A DNA stretch of 63,469 bases, counting the filler, from Conidiobolus incongruus B7586 (taxonomy: Eukaryota): assembly GCA_000697335.1 (NCBI GenBank). It is 18 parts of 18 records of this genome, joined end to end, with 100 filler letters (N's around TTAATTAATTAA, not from the genome) between each part and the next. Parts side by side here need not be neighbours in the genome. Positions count along the whole stretch, not along the records: positions 12,523 to 22,407 come from JNEM01005820.1; positions 22,508 to 26,696 come from JNEM01005823.1; 16 more parts are not named here. The stretch is one strand, 5' to 3'. This document shows, in pieces, positions 12,523 to 26,357 of the stretch; within the stretch, counting starts at the first letter, position 1; each line of letters begins with the position of its first letter. Both the position numbers and the translations under genes were made by a program. The notes below the pieces were generated by a model. That model did no database searches, was not told the DNA's origin, and worked only from the letters and a program-made list of their open reading frames with translations.

Positions 12523-13263
12523 TATAAAATTATTTTATAATTATTATATTAATTTTATTTAAAAATATAATAATAGATTAATTATTATTTAAGGATATAT
12601 ACTGTTATTAGATATACTATATTTTTATAAAATTAATTAAAAAATTAATATTAAGATATATTAAACCAGTTTAAAAAATAAATTAAAAAATCTATTTAAT
12701 AATATAAGTTAAATTAATCTAATATTATTTTCTAATAAAACAATACTTTTTATTATATTATAATTATTATTATTAATTAATTTAAAAATAATAAAATAAT
12801 AGTAATAAAGTAGCTTTTTTAATTTGTTAATTTTAACTTAATTAAATACTTTTAAAACTAGTTAAAAAAATTTATTAAAATTTTCCCTTTAATAAAAAAT
12901 TTAAATTAAATTTAAGAATATATTTAAAAAATATAAAACAAGATTAACCCTTTTTAATATAAGAAGTTAGTTGATTCTATATCCTATAAACTTAAAGAAA
13001 TTAAAAAAAGTAAAGATAAATATATTAAATTTTAAATTTTTTATCACCAAAAACATATAAATTTATAACTTACCTTAGGTAAAATTTAAAGATTGATATT
13101 TTAACTAATTAATAACCAAATATAACTATTTGGTGATTTATAATATTATTAAATATATATAATTTTATTTATTTAATTAGGGTTTATTTTATTAAATATT
13201 AATTAAATTATTAGTAAAAATATAAGTGTTTTTGATTTTATAACTTATTTCTATAAGTTATTA
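12523..13263 (+). mobile_element. Degenerate Tc1 (DD34E) transposon, 3' half plus right end
   Basis: Colinear with about 35700-36439. Carries a relic of KKLVDSMPHRLEEVRKAKGGYT(R/K)F and the terminal TTTTTGATTTTATAACTTA. Confidence 0.88.
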
Positions 13264-14364
13264 TATTATGTACTATAAGATATAAGATTAAATTTAGAAT
13301 ATATATTTTAAAAAATTTCATGATTAATATAAACTTAATATTATTTATTTTTAACAATATCTTTAAATTTCTTTTTTTATTTAATTGTAAAATATAATAG
13401 ATATAGAAAATTTTATTATAAAAAATAATTATATTTTATATTAAAATTTTATATCTTTTTATTATTATATATATTGTATATAATTTTATTTGATATTTTG
13501 ATATATAATAATAATTTATTTATAAATTTAAGTATTTAAATTAAATATTTTAATGCTATTAATTGATTAATAAACAATAATATTGAACTATATATATATG
13601 AATTGCTCTAATTGAACTAATAAAATTCAAATAAATTAATATATATGTCTTATCCCATATTAAAGTTGTGAAATTATATAGGTCATCCTTAGTAATAAGG
13701 ATTTGAACTAATTTTCTAATTTGAATATTAAATATTATTTTGATGAAATTTTGTGATAAAGGTAATTAAAATAAATCATTTGATTTATGAAAATAATTGC
13801 TGAAATAGTATTATATAGCTTAAAGATAATGATTCCAGTGAATTTTTATTTTACTTTCATATTATGATCAAAGAACCTGTTAAATTAATAGTTTTATTGT
13901 AAAAATATATTTTATTTTGAAATTGTACCTTTCAATTGATTCCATTGTTTATTTTGGAGGTTGAATATTTAACGAAATATTCAGCCAAATAAAGCTGATT
14001 TGTCATGATCTTAAAATAACTATTGTCTCATAATCCAATAATACCTTTACTTATTTTAATTTAAATCGGAGGGCCAAGGCAAACTTCAACAATAAATAAA
14101 TTGTCTATTTCGATTAGTACCAGTTGAAATTTTTTGAAATAATCAAGTTTAATTTAGCTAGTTGTTCGTTAAATATTAAATATAGTTAAATTAAATCGGT
14201 GAGGAATATATACGAGCTGTATTAAATTCATGTTTTCAGTTAATAAAAAATGGGTAACTGAAAGGATAGTAATACTGATCGAACATAAATACCTGAGATT
14301 GGATAATAATAGCCATCAATTAAGTATTTGAAGTTATAATAATTAATCAAATATCCTATTCAAT

Positions 14365-14685
14365 ATGAAATTCTTGCCTATCTTGACCGCTGCTTTACTC
14401 ACTCCCTTCGCTGCCGCTGATAACTATTACTATGATGAAGAAGTCATAAATGCAATCCTTAAATTGGCACTCGATGTTGATTTGAAAGTCAGAGTTGATG
14501 TAAAGCTCAACTCAGACATCATTAATGGTCACTGCCATCCATACTCGCTTTTTAATTGGTATTATGAATGTACCACGCCTCTTATTGGCTATGATCATCT
14601 CAGTTTGGCAGACGTTAAAGTCAGAGCCAGAGTCAATGTTGCAGAAGCAATTCAAGCTGATGCCAAGGCTAAAGTTAATTTATAA
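14365..14685 (+). CDS. Small secreted protein, 106 aa (copy 1), function unknown
   Basis: Signal peptide MKFLPILTAALLTPFAAA, GC-richer coding island, TATA-like CATAAATA about 80 nt upstream, two Cys, and a near-identical paralog at 17801. Confidence 0.88.
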   Translation: MKFLPILTAALLTPFAAADNYYYDEEVINAILKLALDVDLKVRVDVKLNSDIINGHCHPYSLFNWYYECTTPLIGYDHLSLADVKVRARVNVAEAIQADAKAKVNL

Positions 14686-17600
14686 TTCAATTGAAAGATA
14701 TATTAATAAATATAATTACTCAATCTTGAGTTTCAACTTTATTTTACACTATCTTTACAAACTATCTAATAATAATAATCAATTTATACTGACAAACTAA
14801 TTCATACTCATATTTATAGTAAGTTACAATTTTATTGTAATTCTTAGTTGAATATTTTTCAAAAAATTCTATTATTACTATATCACAAATATTTGATACT
14901 ATTTTTTACTGATTTTAGTAACTAATTTTAGCTGAAAATTTTGATCATTTAATTTATATTATTTTTTCCAAGCTCTTGATTTTCAAAAGTAGGATTTATT
15001 TATAGTTTTTATTGACATATTACAAAATAAACATATTATCTTTAGCAAACACCTTTATTATTATTATTATATTAGTTCACTATATATTAAATATATTATG
15101 ACTTCTTTTTAAATTATTAAAGTTTAATAATGATAAGGTTTTAAAATAAAAATTATTTATAATTTTGGTATATATTATATAAACATAAATAGATATTGCT
15201 TTAATATAAATATCTTTTTATTATATTTTTATTGATTTTTAAATTTCACAATTTAATTTCTTTGATTAAAAATTCAAATTATATATTCTATAAATTAATG
15301 AAATTTTTTTAAGAAGTTTTTTATAAAAATACATTTTAATTGCCTAAAGTATTTATGATCATTTTGGTTATAATTTGGTCAATATACTTGGTATGTTAAT
15401 TTTTTTCAATTTTCTATATATAAAATCACTTATAATTCTAAGTTTGTTTTTTGAAATGATTATAAAAAACTTATTATATTTATCTGACAATAATAACACT
15501 AAATAAAATTTATTTTATATTATAAATATAAAACTTATTATTTAATAATTTGCTTTTAAAATCCAATTTAGAAAAACATATATTAATATATTATATCAAA
15601 ATAATTGACATCTATTAATCAGTTATATGCTTGTTTATTTAAATTAATAAAATAAGCTATTTTAGGATATTTAAAATATCAATTTTCTTTGTATTTAATT
15701 GAAAAATTATATAAAAATAATTTAGATTTCATTAATTATAATAATTTAATATTAAACCTATAACTTATAATTATACTTTAATTAGTTTAATTATATATAT
15801 TTTACTCGAGAATTTTTAAATTATATGATAATTTATTTATTTTAATGCAAATAAATTTTAATATATTGAAATTACTTTATATATTCAATATTATATTTCT
15901 TTTATCATTTTTTAGCTGAAATGAAATAATATCATTCAAAATGATTTTATCTTTTATTTATATAAGGTAAATCAATAATAGAAATAAATCATTTATATTT
16001 TTATAAATTTCATAAAGTATTTTTTTTATTTTAAACTAATAAACTTATTTATAAATAATAATTTTAAGAAAAACATGATTAATATAAATACCTTGCAAAC
16101 CTTATATTATATTAAAAAGTTTATGATTAATTTTTAATAATACTAAAGTAAAACACTTTTGATAACAATAATCAGGATTAAATGTATTTTAATTCAATCA
16201 TATGTTTTTATATAAAAGATGTTTAATAAGAAATTATTATAAATTAATATAGTAATAAAATATGAAATCTTCTATTTATTTGGTATATAGTTTATTCTTA
16301 ATATTAATAATATGTGTGAACAATATAAAAATATAAAAACTATCATATTTTTTTTCCTAAATGGTAATATATATAGCTTATAAATGATCAGTGGAAAATT
16401 CCTAATTTACAAAATATCAAAATATAATATATAACAAATGATCTATGAAAATATTTGCTGAAATGACATACATATAAAAAAATATAAGATATTAGTCTAT
16501 ATACTAAAGGCCCTAACCAATTTTTGAAATACCTTTAACTTCTTTTGAAATATTTTTGATAAAATTTGAAAGTTATAATATTAAAAAATTCCGATGGTAG
16601 ATTTTTATAAATTACAAAATAAATTTTAATTTTTATTGAGTTAAATTACATTCAGAGTTCATTATTTAATTTTCCTTGTATTCTTATTATTGACAATTAT
16701 GAACAAGTAGAAGATTTCTGATTAAATTACAATTATATCAATCTTATTAAAACGATTTACTTGATATATGAACACTATCGTTGGATTTCGAAATAGATAA
16801 ATGTATAAAAAAGCTTGAGTTTCAGTCTCGATTAAATATAAATCATTCAAATAAAGGGTAATTTTGATAATTTAAATTTGAAGATATTAAGTGTTTTCTA
16901 CCTCTTATTTTTATTTACCAAAGCCAATAAATAAAAAATATTTTCAAGATACTTCAGTTAACTGAGATTTACTCTTTGGTGGCCTGATGACCGATGTAGA
17001 ATTTAATAATCATTTAATAATGGCAGTTGAACTTCCCCTTACATTCATATCTGGTTAATAAATCTTTATATTGGGTTGATTTTATATTTCCATTTAATAA
17101 ATTAAAACAAATTAAAAAAATAATAGCTAAGTGTTTTATCAATTAGTAAAATATCAAACTTATTTTAGTAATGATGAAGATACAAGTCTGAAGCTCGAAA
17201 AATACTAACATCTATATATCCGAGTTTTATAACTTGTTTCATTTACTGAAAACGTACTATAAATATTTCATCTGTTTATTTCAAAAATAGCATAATAATT
17301 CTAGTAACTGAAAAATGAACAGTATTCAAAGTTTTACCATTTATTCAGTTAAATAATATTATCAATTAATAATATTAATAAAATTCAGTTTAACTTATTG
17401 TTTATTAACCTGAATTATTATAATATCAAAATATAAACTTTATTAATAATTCTTGAATATTTTTTGATAATTTATAAATCAAGCCCAAGTATTAATTTCC
17501 GCGTTAAAAAAAATAATGGTTCAATTTAGGCTAAATGAAATTGAATTAAAATTTATAAATTTTTAAGAAAAATAAAAATTTAACTTTAAAAGGATATATC

Positions 17601-17800
17601 AAACTAACTATCATTGATATACTTTGACATTCTTTATTCTCTTAGATTTATTAGAGATGTTGAAAATTATTGGTTTTAATCATTATACATTATCGAACCA
17701 TCAATGACAGATATCAGGTATATAAATATCAGTATTTGGCATATCTTTATTATCATTAACTAAAGTAAATCTAATTAATTAATCAAATATCCTATTCAAT

Positions 17801-18121
17801 ATGAAATTCTTTCCTATCTTGACCGCTGCTTTACTCACTCCCTTCGCTGCCGCTGATAACTATTACTATGATGAAGGAGTCATAAATGCAATCCTTAAAT
17901 TGGCACTCGATGTTGATTTGAAAGTCAGAGTTGATGTAAAGCTCAACTTAGACATCATTAATGGTCACTGCCATCCATACTCGCTTTTTAATTGGTATTA
18001 TGAATGTACCACGCCTCTTATTGGCTATGATCATCTCAGTTTGGCAGACGTTAAAGTCAGAGCCAGAGTCAATGTTGCAGAAGCAATTCAAGCTGATGCC
18101 AAGGCTAAAGTTAATTTATAA
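17801..18121 (+). CDS. Small secreted protein, 106 aa (copy 2), function unknown
   Basis: Differs from copy 1 at 3 of 321 nt. TATAAATA lies about 80 nt upstream. Confidence 0.88.
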   Translation: MKFFPILTAALLTPFAAADNYYYDEGVINAILKLALDVDLKVRVDVKLNLDIINGHCHPYSLFNWYYECTTPLIGYDHLSLADVKVRARVNVAEAIQADAKAKVNL

Positions 18122-20094
18122 TTCAATGGAAATACATATTAATAAATATTAATAGTTAATCCGAATTATTTCTCATAATCTCCAATATTACAGTTTGATT
18201 CATTCTTCAATTTGATTGATTTCTTTATTATATATTTCGCAATGTTCTCATTTTTATTAGTGATAAATATCATTAAATTTAATTCAATATTGATTTTATC
18301 ATCTATATATTTTTTATACTAAACTTTTTATTATATGATGTTTTAAAGTGTAAACACTTATTTTTGATCTAATAATTAATAATCCCGATCAATTTTAGTC
18401 AATGTTTTATTTATAAATCGGGTTGAACTTGAACAAATTCTAGATTTATCATAGGTTTGTAAATTAAATATTGGTTAAATTTGATGTATAGTATTAAATT
18501 TCAGATTGTAACATATAAATGATTCATAATATATTGATTCCTACTTGCATGATATGGATTGACGATATTCACAATTTTTCGCATTTGTGTTATTTATCTA
18601 TTCAATAAATAAATATTTATTAATATTTAATTTATATTATGTGATAATAAGCTATTAATCAAAAACTCATAATATGTTTGTTTATGACAACGAACCAATA
18701 ATTGTTTCGACTTTTGATTCATTTAATCTACTTCAAACTAACCAATTTCAATGATAATCCTTAATCCTTTCTCCTATTGCCTATTATTTATTAACTTGAA
18801 TATTTATTTTCAACTAAAAATCAAATTTTATTGAGGCTTATATAACTTATTTTAAATTCCGATATTTAGTAATCTCAAAATATTTAACTAAAATTTGTCT
18901 ATCAATAAATTTGAAATTTAAGGTTGAAAATAATTTTAGTAATTAATTTGTATTATTAAAATTTATTAATTTAATTATTCAATTATATATGTTAATATAT
19001 TTTTAATTTGGTCTATTTTGAAAATTTTACTAAATTTAATGCATAATTTGCGAATCATTATATTCTGATAATGCAATAGGACTTACACTCATTTGCATAA
19101 AGTATTGAAAAATATGCAAAATAATTTTTATTTGTTAATAATAGCTATAAATTAAAAAAAATAATTTAATTTCATTGTATTAAACAAGTAATATTATCAA
19201 TTCTAAACATTATTTTCAGTGAATGTATATTTTATTTTTGTATTAAAAATTATTTTAGATAAAAAAATTTGATTCAAAACCATTATTTGTGTAAATAACA
19301 AATACTTTATATATTTATAACAACAAATATAATACATATAATTATCTTAAACTTGGGGTAATTAATTTTGTTTTTCATATAATTAATTGGTTTATGGTAT
19401 TAATTTATCATCTAATCTAAATACCAAATAATAATATTTTTAGTTATTATGTCATATTTTATATATTAATCTCGAACTCAATTCATTAAATAATTACTAA
19501 TTTATTATATATTTTGAAAATTCAATTTCAAAATATAGTATAATTTGATTAATTTGTAAATAACTCGATTATTTTAATTCATCGAAGTAACTGTGAAAAT
19601 ATAATAAAATATTGGAATCTAAATTATGAAGTCAAATAATATATATTAATTTTAAAATAATATTAATTTGGTTAAGTTTTTATAATTAACAAACTATCCT
19701 AAAAATGATGAAATGGGATAATTTTTTATTTTTCAAATATTATAATTAGTTTCGAAAAAACTATATATCAAATAAATAGGAAAATATATTATATTAAACT
19801 ATATATTTTTATTAATATATATCATTTTCTTAAAAAATTCATATTTGACAATTTTATTTCTTAATAATAATTATATCAAATTACAATGACCAAATTTTTT
19901 AATTTTAATATTATTAAAATTAAACCAAAAATATTTAAATATTTTTGAAATATATAAACTAATTAAAAATTTATATTTATATAAATCTCCTATTACTCAC
20001 AAGGAAAATTATTTTATTGCTATAATATATAAAATTTTATATTAGAAAAATTTAGAATATTAATTTTAATTGTCAATTTTTAAATATAATATTA

Positions 20095-21403
20095 TTACCT
20101 TGAATTTAAAGTAATGGGAAATTTTTTAATTTCTAATTTTTCAAACATATTATTAATTTGAAATGAATAAATATATACAAAGTTAATAGGAAATTATATA
20201 TTTTTAAAATATATATATATAATAGTTTTTTTGATTAAAAAATTAACTTTTTAAAATTGGTTGTTTAATTTAATCATATTTAAATTAAATAATAATCATC
20301 TAAAGTTTTTTATTTTAGTATCAGTAAAACTTAACTATAAACCCTCTAAAATTATTTAAAATTTACAAACAGCTTTTGGTAATTAAATATTATCCAAATT
20401 ATCAATTTATTGCTGGGTAAATTATTTTAAAGCTAGGAGAGAAATTATCTAAAACTTGCTAAAATCTAAAAAACTAACTTTAATTATTATTTGTTTAATT
20501 ATTAATAAAGTGAAAAAATATATTGAAAAGCACCTTTTTATTTTAGCTAGAGAATTATTTAAGTACTTTATTTTTAGTTTTATAAGAATTTAATATATAT
20601 TAATATTTAAACTCAGATTAATAAATAAAAATATAAAATAGGTACTTTATAATTTAAATAAAGCTTAAAAAAAAGCTAGAGTAATTATTGTTAAACAAAA
20701 CTTACTAAAATATTACTAGAAGCTTAAAATTTATAATAAATAATTACAATTGATGAATCTTAAATCCCTATATATAATCCTTTATTAAAATACAAATTAA
20801 GAAATTAGATTAAGCCAAATCAACCCCCTTTATAAATCCCTTTAAATATATATTTTATTAATAAGCAAATGTTGATTATTATAATATATTATAATAGTAT
20901 ATGCTACTCTTATTTAATTCTTGAAAGAAAATCAATTAATAGTAAACTTTATATTGCTTTTTTAAATAAAAGTATTTTTAATTGGTGTTCTCAATATAAA
21001 TTGAGAAGATTTATTATTTTGCATGATAATTATCAAATATATAAATTTAAAGATATAAAAAACTTTTTAATTAAAAATAACTGGAAAAAACTACTATATT
21101 TGGTTTACTCTTTAGATTATAACCTATATAATTATAATTGCTTTAGATAATTAAAAAACCAGCTTGTAAGAAAGAAAATTTCTATAAAAAAATTTAATTG
21201 GTTTATGAAACATCAAATTTCAATCTTTAATAAAAAGAATTATTTTTTAAATGTTAGATCTTTGCTAAAAATATAGCAAAAAGTTATTAATAATAAAAGA
21301 AACTATCAAATTTATTTTATATATTTATTTTTATATATTATATATTAAAATATTTTTTTATTTTGAATTGCAAAAAATTCCTATTATTAAAAATACAGAG
21401 TAA
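20095..21403 (+). mobile_element. Full-length (about 1.3 kb) degenerate mariner transposon, DD34D transposase pseudogene
   Basis: TA on both sides and imperfect ~30-bp TIRs (TTACCTTGAATTTAAAGTAATGGGAA.. / ..TTCCTATTATTAAAAATACAGAGTAA). After reverting C>T/G>A the relic reads QTAFGDEALS..IYRWV..FKAGRE..DLPRSGRP, WVPYNL, ITIDESW, LHDN and YSPDYNLCD. Confidence 0.92.
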
Positions 21404-22507
21404 TATAACAAAATAATATTAAATAATATCTTTAATTATATTCAAAAAGTTTTCAAAACATTTGAATATAAGTTATATATAATGATTATATATATAAATA
21501 TAATTTTAGACTAGTTGATAGATATATATAGATATATATAGCTATATATATATTATATAATCTAACCAAAGTCAAAAAATTAAATTAACTATATCTAAAT
21601 AAAATCAGGGTGTATTAATTTATCAAGTTACTTGCAAGAATTTCAATTAATCAGTTGTTTACCAGTTTATTATTAAGGAATCACTTATTTATTTTTATTT
21701 GGGAAGCCATGAAAATTTGATGTTGATATATTAAAAGAATTGGTATTTCTCCAAAGATATATTAGACTTGTTTATTAATTTTAATAAAAAGGACTTTAAT
21801 TAAAAATTCAAGTAATTTTTGTCTAACTAATTTATTTTTGAAGTTATAAGAACTTAACTTTTCTTACCATAAAATATGTTAAATTAAGATAACTCAGATA
21901 TTAATAATATGTATAATTCTCTCCATCTATGATATGATATAAAAAGGCAATAAATTTTTATTCTAATTAATTTATTATAATTTTTAATATATAATCATTT
22001 TATCAAAATATCTATAAATTTATTAAGTTAAAATAATCAGCTTTATAAACTCTTATGATTAATTATTTTAAAAATATAAATTCTAAATATTATGATAGAT
22101 TTTAAAATTATAAATTATTTATATTTACAATTTAAATAGATCATAGAATAAAAATTATTAATATATATTTAATAGATATTGTTTATAAATTTTATATGAA
22201 TTATTACTATAAATATGATAATATATTATATAATAATTATTTAAATTATAAACCAAAGTTATATAAATTTTAAAATCAATGATAATTAAATAAAGATATT
22301 AAATTTATTATATATATATTACTGTAAATAATATAATAATGAAAGATTCAAGTTACTAAAGAATATCTATATAAATACAGAATTATTATAAAATGATTTA
22401 ATTGATCNNNNNNNNNNNNNNNNNNNNNNNNNNNNNNNNNNNNNNNNNNNNTTAATTAATTAANNNNNNNNNNNNNNNNNNNNNNNNNNNNNNNNNNNNN
22501 NNNNNNN

Positions 22508-22698
22508 AATAATAATATATGATATTCTTATTTAATTTTTAAATGAAAATTAATTAATAATAAATTTTATATTTTTTTTAAATAAAACTATTTCTAATTA
22601 ATATTCTTAATATAATTTAACAAAACCTATTATTTTACATGATAATTATAAAATATATAAATTTAAAGTTATAAAAAACTTTTTACTTTAAAAATAAT
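22508..22698 (+). mobile_element. Mariner internal fragment
   Basis: Matches about 20885-21080, including TTATTTTACATGATAATT (LHDN). Confidence 0.75.
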
Positions 22699-23502
22699 GT
22701 TATATAAATTTAACTCGATATTTAAAAATTAATATTAATTAAAATTCAAAATTTAAAAATATTATATGTTAATAATATTTAACACAAAAATATTGAAATT
22801 TGAAAATAAATTAGATTATATAAAATATATTATTATTTTATTAACTAAGAATATAAAATATAATTTAAATATATAATATATTAATTTATATGACCAAAAC
22901 AATTAATTTAAAATATTTTATAATATAATGATATATTAATGATTTTAGTTATTTTAATAATCCATTGTTTTTTTGATATTAATAATAATATTTTAATATT
23001 TTTTTGAATAAAATATTTCTTTATTATTATAAATATTATTTATTATAATTAAATAAGAACTGAAATTTATATTAATCAACAATAACTTAGTAATATATTA
23101 TTAATTATAATTATATTTAATATAAATAAAATATATCAAAAATAATAATTTTAAATATTAAAATTGATTTTTTTGAAAGAATTTAGAAAATATATAGAGA
23201 TTTTATTTACAATAATAAAAATATTCATTTTAAAAATTAACATAATAGTTATATTAAAATTTAGTATATTAAAAATCTATTTTCAAAAACAAAATATAGT
23301 TATATATATCAAAATTTTTACCAAATATTAATTGTAATTAATTATAAACTACTTTTAAATTATTGGAGAAATTATTTGGAATAAAAATAATTAAAATTCT
23401 TAACTATAATAATTAGAAATAATAGTAATTATTAATATGCTAATTGTTGAATATACAAGGGTTTAATTTTATTAAATAAGTTTTATTTTTTCAAAATATC
23501 AA

Positions 23503-24810
23503 TTAAATTTTAACAATTAATTTTGAAGTTAATTGGATTCTCAACAATATAATAAATATACATGATAATATATAAAAAACGAATAAATAAAATTGCATTG
23601 GCAAATAGTTAATATAAATGTCATTTCCATTTTGAGTGGTATGTAAATTGACAATTGCTTGAGAAATCATAGTACCTGCAAAATATCCAGGAGCTAGCGA
23701 AGTGTAAAATGGACCATTGACATGAGCAAGCTTTTCAACTCCATATAATTGAGGTGCAATAAGAGCAGCCAGTGTGTAAAAAGCACCTGAAAACAATCCA
23801 AAAATAATAGAGAATACCATTAGTGACCAGGTTACAGTTGCAAAATGCCAGATTACTAGAAATGATAAACTTACGATAAAATGACACATGAACAAAGTAT
23901 TTACATTACCAAGGAAGGTGGACACTTGACCCATTGCAATACGCCCAACAGCTGATCCACCATTCATCAATCCAACGATTAAACTTGCTGTAGTGGGCGA
24001 AATACCATAATATTTACAGTACAGTGGCATCATGAAAAATGGAGTCCAATACCCGAATCCTGCTGTCATTCCCATTGCCCACATAGATAGGAATTTTTTA
24101 TCCAAGATGATTTTGAGATCAATTAACTTGCGCTGGGGTTGTGTTGCAACTCTTGGTCTAATAATAAAACCGCATGCTATAAGGACAATCGCTCCAAAAA
24201 TTGCATTAATACGAAGTGCCCATCGAATTCCGATAGAATCAATGATTGCTTGGAGCATTGGAGCAAGCACCAGGCCTCCAATTCCCGAGCCAGATGCTGA
24301 TATACCAAGTGCAATGCCTCGATACTCATTGAACCATTGTGGAATGATACTGATAGCAGGAATGAAACAGAGACTCATAGCCACTCCAATTAATATGGCC
24401 TGGCCAATGAATAAATGCCATAACTGAGTGGCAAAGGAAGCAATAATCAAACCAGCACCATATACAAGCCCAGCAATCAAAATAGTAAATCTATGACCAA
24501 TTTTTCCAACTATAATTCCTGCTAGGATTGAACAAAGAGAAAAAATTGCAGGTCCTAAACCCCCCACTAGTGATAAAACTGATCTTGGTTCATTCTTAAA
24601 TTCGTAAGTGGAATAGTGAGCTAAATAAACACCATATATGGAAGCTGTTCCAAATGAAATAAAATTAATGGCAAATCCTGAAATTGCTATAACCCAAGAC
24701 ATTCCTGAATCCAAGCTCCCAAAACTTTCAGGCTTAGGGTTTAACTCCGGATGGTTTTCAAACTGTGAGGGTTTTAAATCTTTTATCGTTTCTTCAGATT
24801 GTTTTTCCAT
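23503..24810 (-). CDS. MFS transporter, monocarboxylate porter (MCT/Mch-like) family, 435 aa
   Basis: About 12 TM segments. Motifs DSGMSWVI, PQWFNEYRGIALGISASGSGIGGLV, IGIRWALRI, FGYWTPFFMMPLY and NGGSAVGRI are typical of fungal Mch/MCT proteins. Confidence 0.92.
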   Translation of the reverse strand: MEKQSEETIKDLKPSQFENHPELNPKPESFGSLDSGMSWVIAISGFAINFISFGTASIYGVYLAHYSTYEFKNEPRSVLSLVGGLGPAIFSLCSILAGIIVGKIGHRFTILIAGLVYGAGLIIASFATQLWHLFIGQAILIGVAMSLCFIPAISIIPQWFNEYRGIALGISASGSGIGGLVLAPMLQAIIDSIGIRWALRINAIFGAIVLIACGFIIRPRVATQPQRKLIDLKIILDKKFLSMWAMGMTAGFGYWTPFFMMPLYCKYYGISPTTASLIVGLMNGGSAVGRIAMGQVSTFLGNVNTLFMCHFIVSLSFLVIWHFATVTWSLMVFSIIFGLFSGAFYTLAALIAPQLYGVEKLAHVNGPFYTSLAPGYFAGTMISQAIVNLHTTQNGNDIYINYLPMQFYLFVFYILSCIFIILLRIQLTSKLIVKI

Positions 24811-26357
24811 ATCAACAAACTTCTAAATTTGATAAAGTTCAAAATTATAAGGGATTTGCCGTATATTTATAGTGTATATTATATTTTCTCATATGATATC
24901 ACTAAGCTTGCCAAACCTCTTGATTTATCACCGAATTCTCATTCTCATTTTGGATTTATTTTTAATAGTTTGAATAAATTGAAGTGGATATATTCCGTTG
25001 TGTTACTTATTGTTATCAAATGTAAATTGAGTTAAATTTTGATATATAAACCTTCAAGTTATCTATTTTCATAAGTTCGTTATTATTGATACTAAAGTAA
25101 TATTTATTAATCAAATATACTTGTACATAAATCACAATTTAATTTAAAAATTAATGATAGCATTAAGCTTAAACATTATAAGAGTTAAAGTTAATTGATA
25201 AAAATTAAACATACTTATATTATAAAATATTAATATAAAATTTATAAAATAGAAATAATCATTCAGTAAAATATATTCATTTTCAAGAATTATAAACAGA
25301 TTTTCTATAAAATTTGATAATAATTAAATGTTATTTAAATAATATTATATAATTTTAACGAAATTTGTAATTAATTATTTGTATGTAAAAATATATATTG
25401 ACTTAAAAAAATTTTAAAATATAATTTTTAGATAAAAACTATATTAAATATTGAAATTATCGATATATTATTAAATCTATAAGGCTTCTTAAATTATATG
25501 GTTGATTAAAATTTGGTTATAAATCTGTTACAATAGTCGAATCTTAAATTGTCAAGTCATTTACGAAATTAAATGCGATCATTCTAATATAATCCAGTAT
25601 AATATATATTATAATGATCATTAAGAAAGAGTTTAATTACCCAATTTATCTGATAATGTTTACTTGATTAATTCTACTTCTATCATCCTATTTTACTCTC
25701 CTTTTTTATAATCATATCAAATTTCAACATAATAATCCTAAAATTTTGAAATAAATTACCGGATAAACTGTTTCGCCAATTACAATAAATACATTTGTAT
25801 CAATTTACATTCAACACCTTTATTTTTGTCCAATTAAAACCATTCAAATTTAAAAATTTTAATATTAAGTGGATATACAAGAAATTTTTGTAATTAGTTT
25901 AATTAACCATTTTCCGAATTTTTTTACTAATTTGATATTTCTGGCCCGACCTATCAAAATAATTTCAGTCCCTTTATTTTAATTATAATTGAATTTTTAT
26001 ATTATTAATTTAAAATGATTTCTGATTATAAGATTTTTCTTTCTTATATTGGAAATAACATCGTGATATATGCTCAATAATTTTTTAATAATATAATAAT
26101 TTATATTTAATTAAAATTATCTTTATTAAAAGAGACTGAAATTATTTAGTTTGAATTAATTATATCAATAATTTATGCCTTATAAAAATTGTCAAATAAT
26201 AAATATTTCTTTATATAATATATATATATACTATTATTTTATTATTTATTACATATCGTGTTCTTTGTATTAATCAATATTATATATAATATTGATATTA
26301 AATTATTCAATATTGAATATTCATTCAAAAAATATTATTTAAGCTTTTATATAATTA

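Noticed and set aside
14525..18152. Alternate-frame ORFs 14525-14800 and 17961-18152
   Set aside because: Out-of-frame overlaps with the secreted-protein genes. Their ends differ and run into AT-rich flank.
20869..21150. 93-aa ORF
   Set aside because: A chance stop-free stretch of the mutated mariner transposase (LHDN..YSLDYNL), not a gene.
24032..25035. Plus-strand ORFs over the MFS gene and its promoter
   Set aside because: Antisense shadows or low-complexity AT-rich frames.
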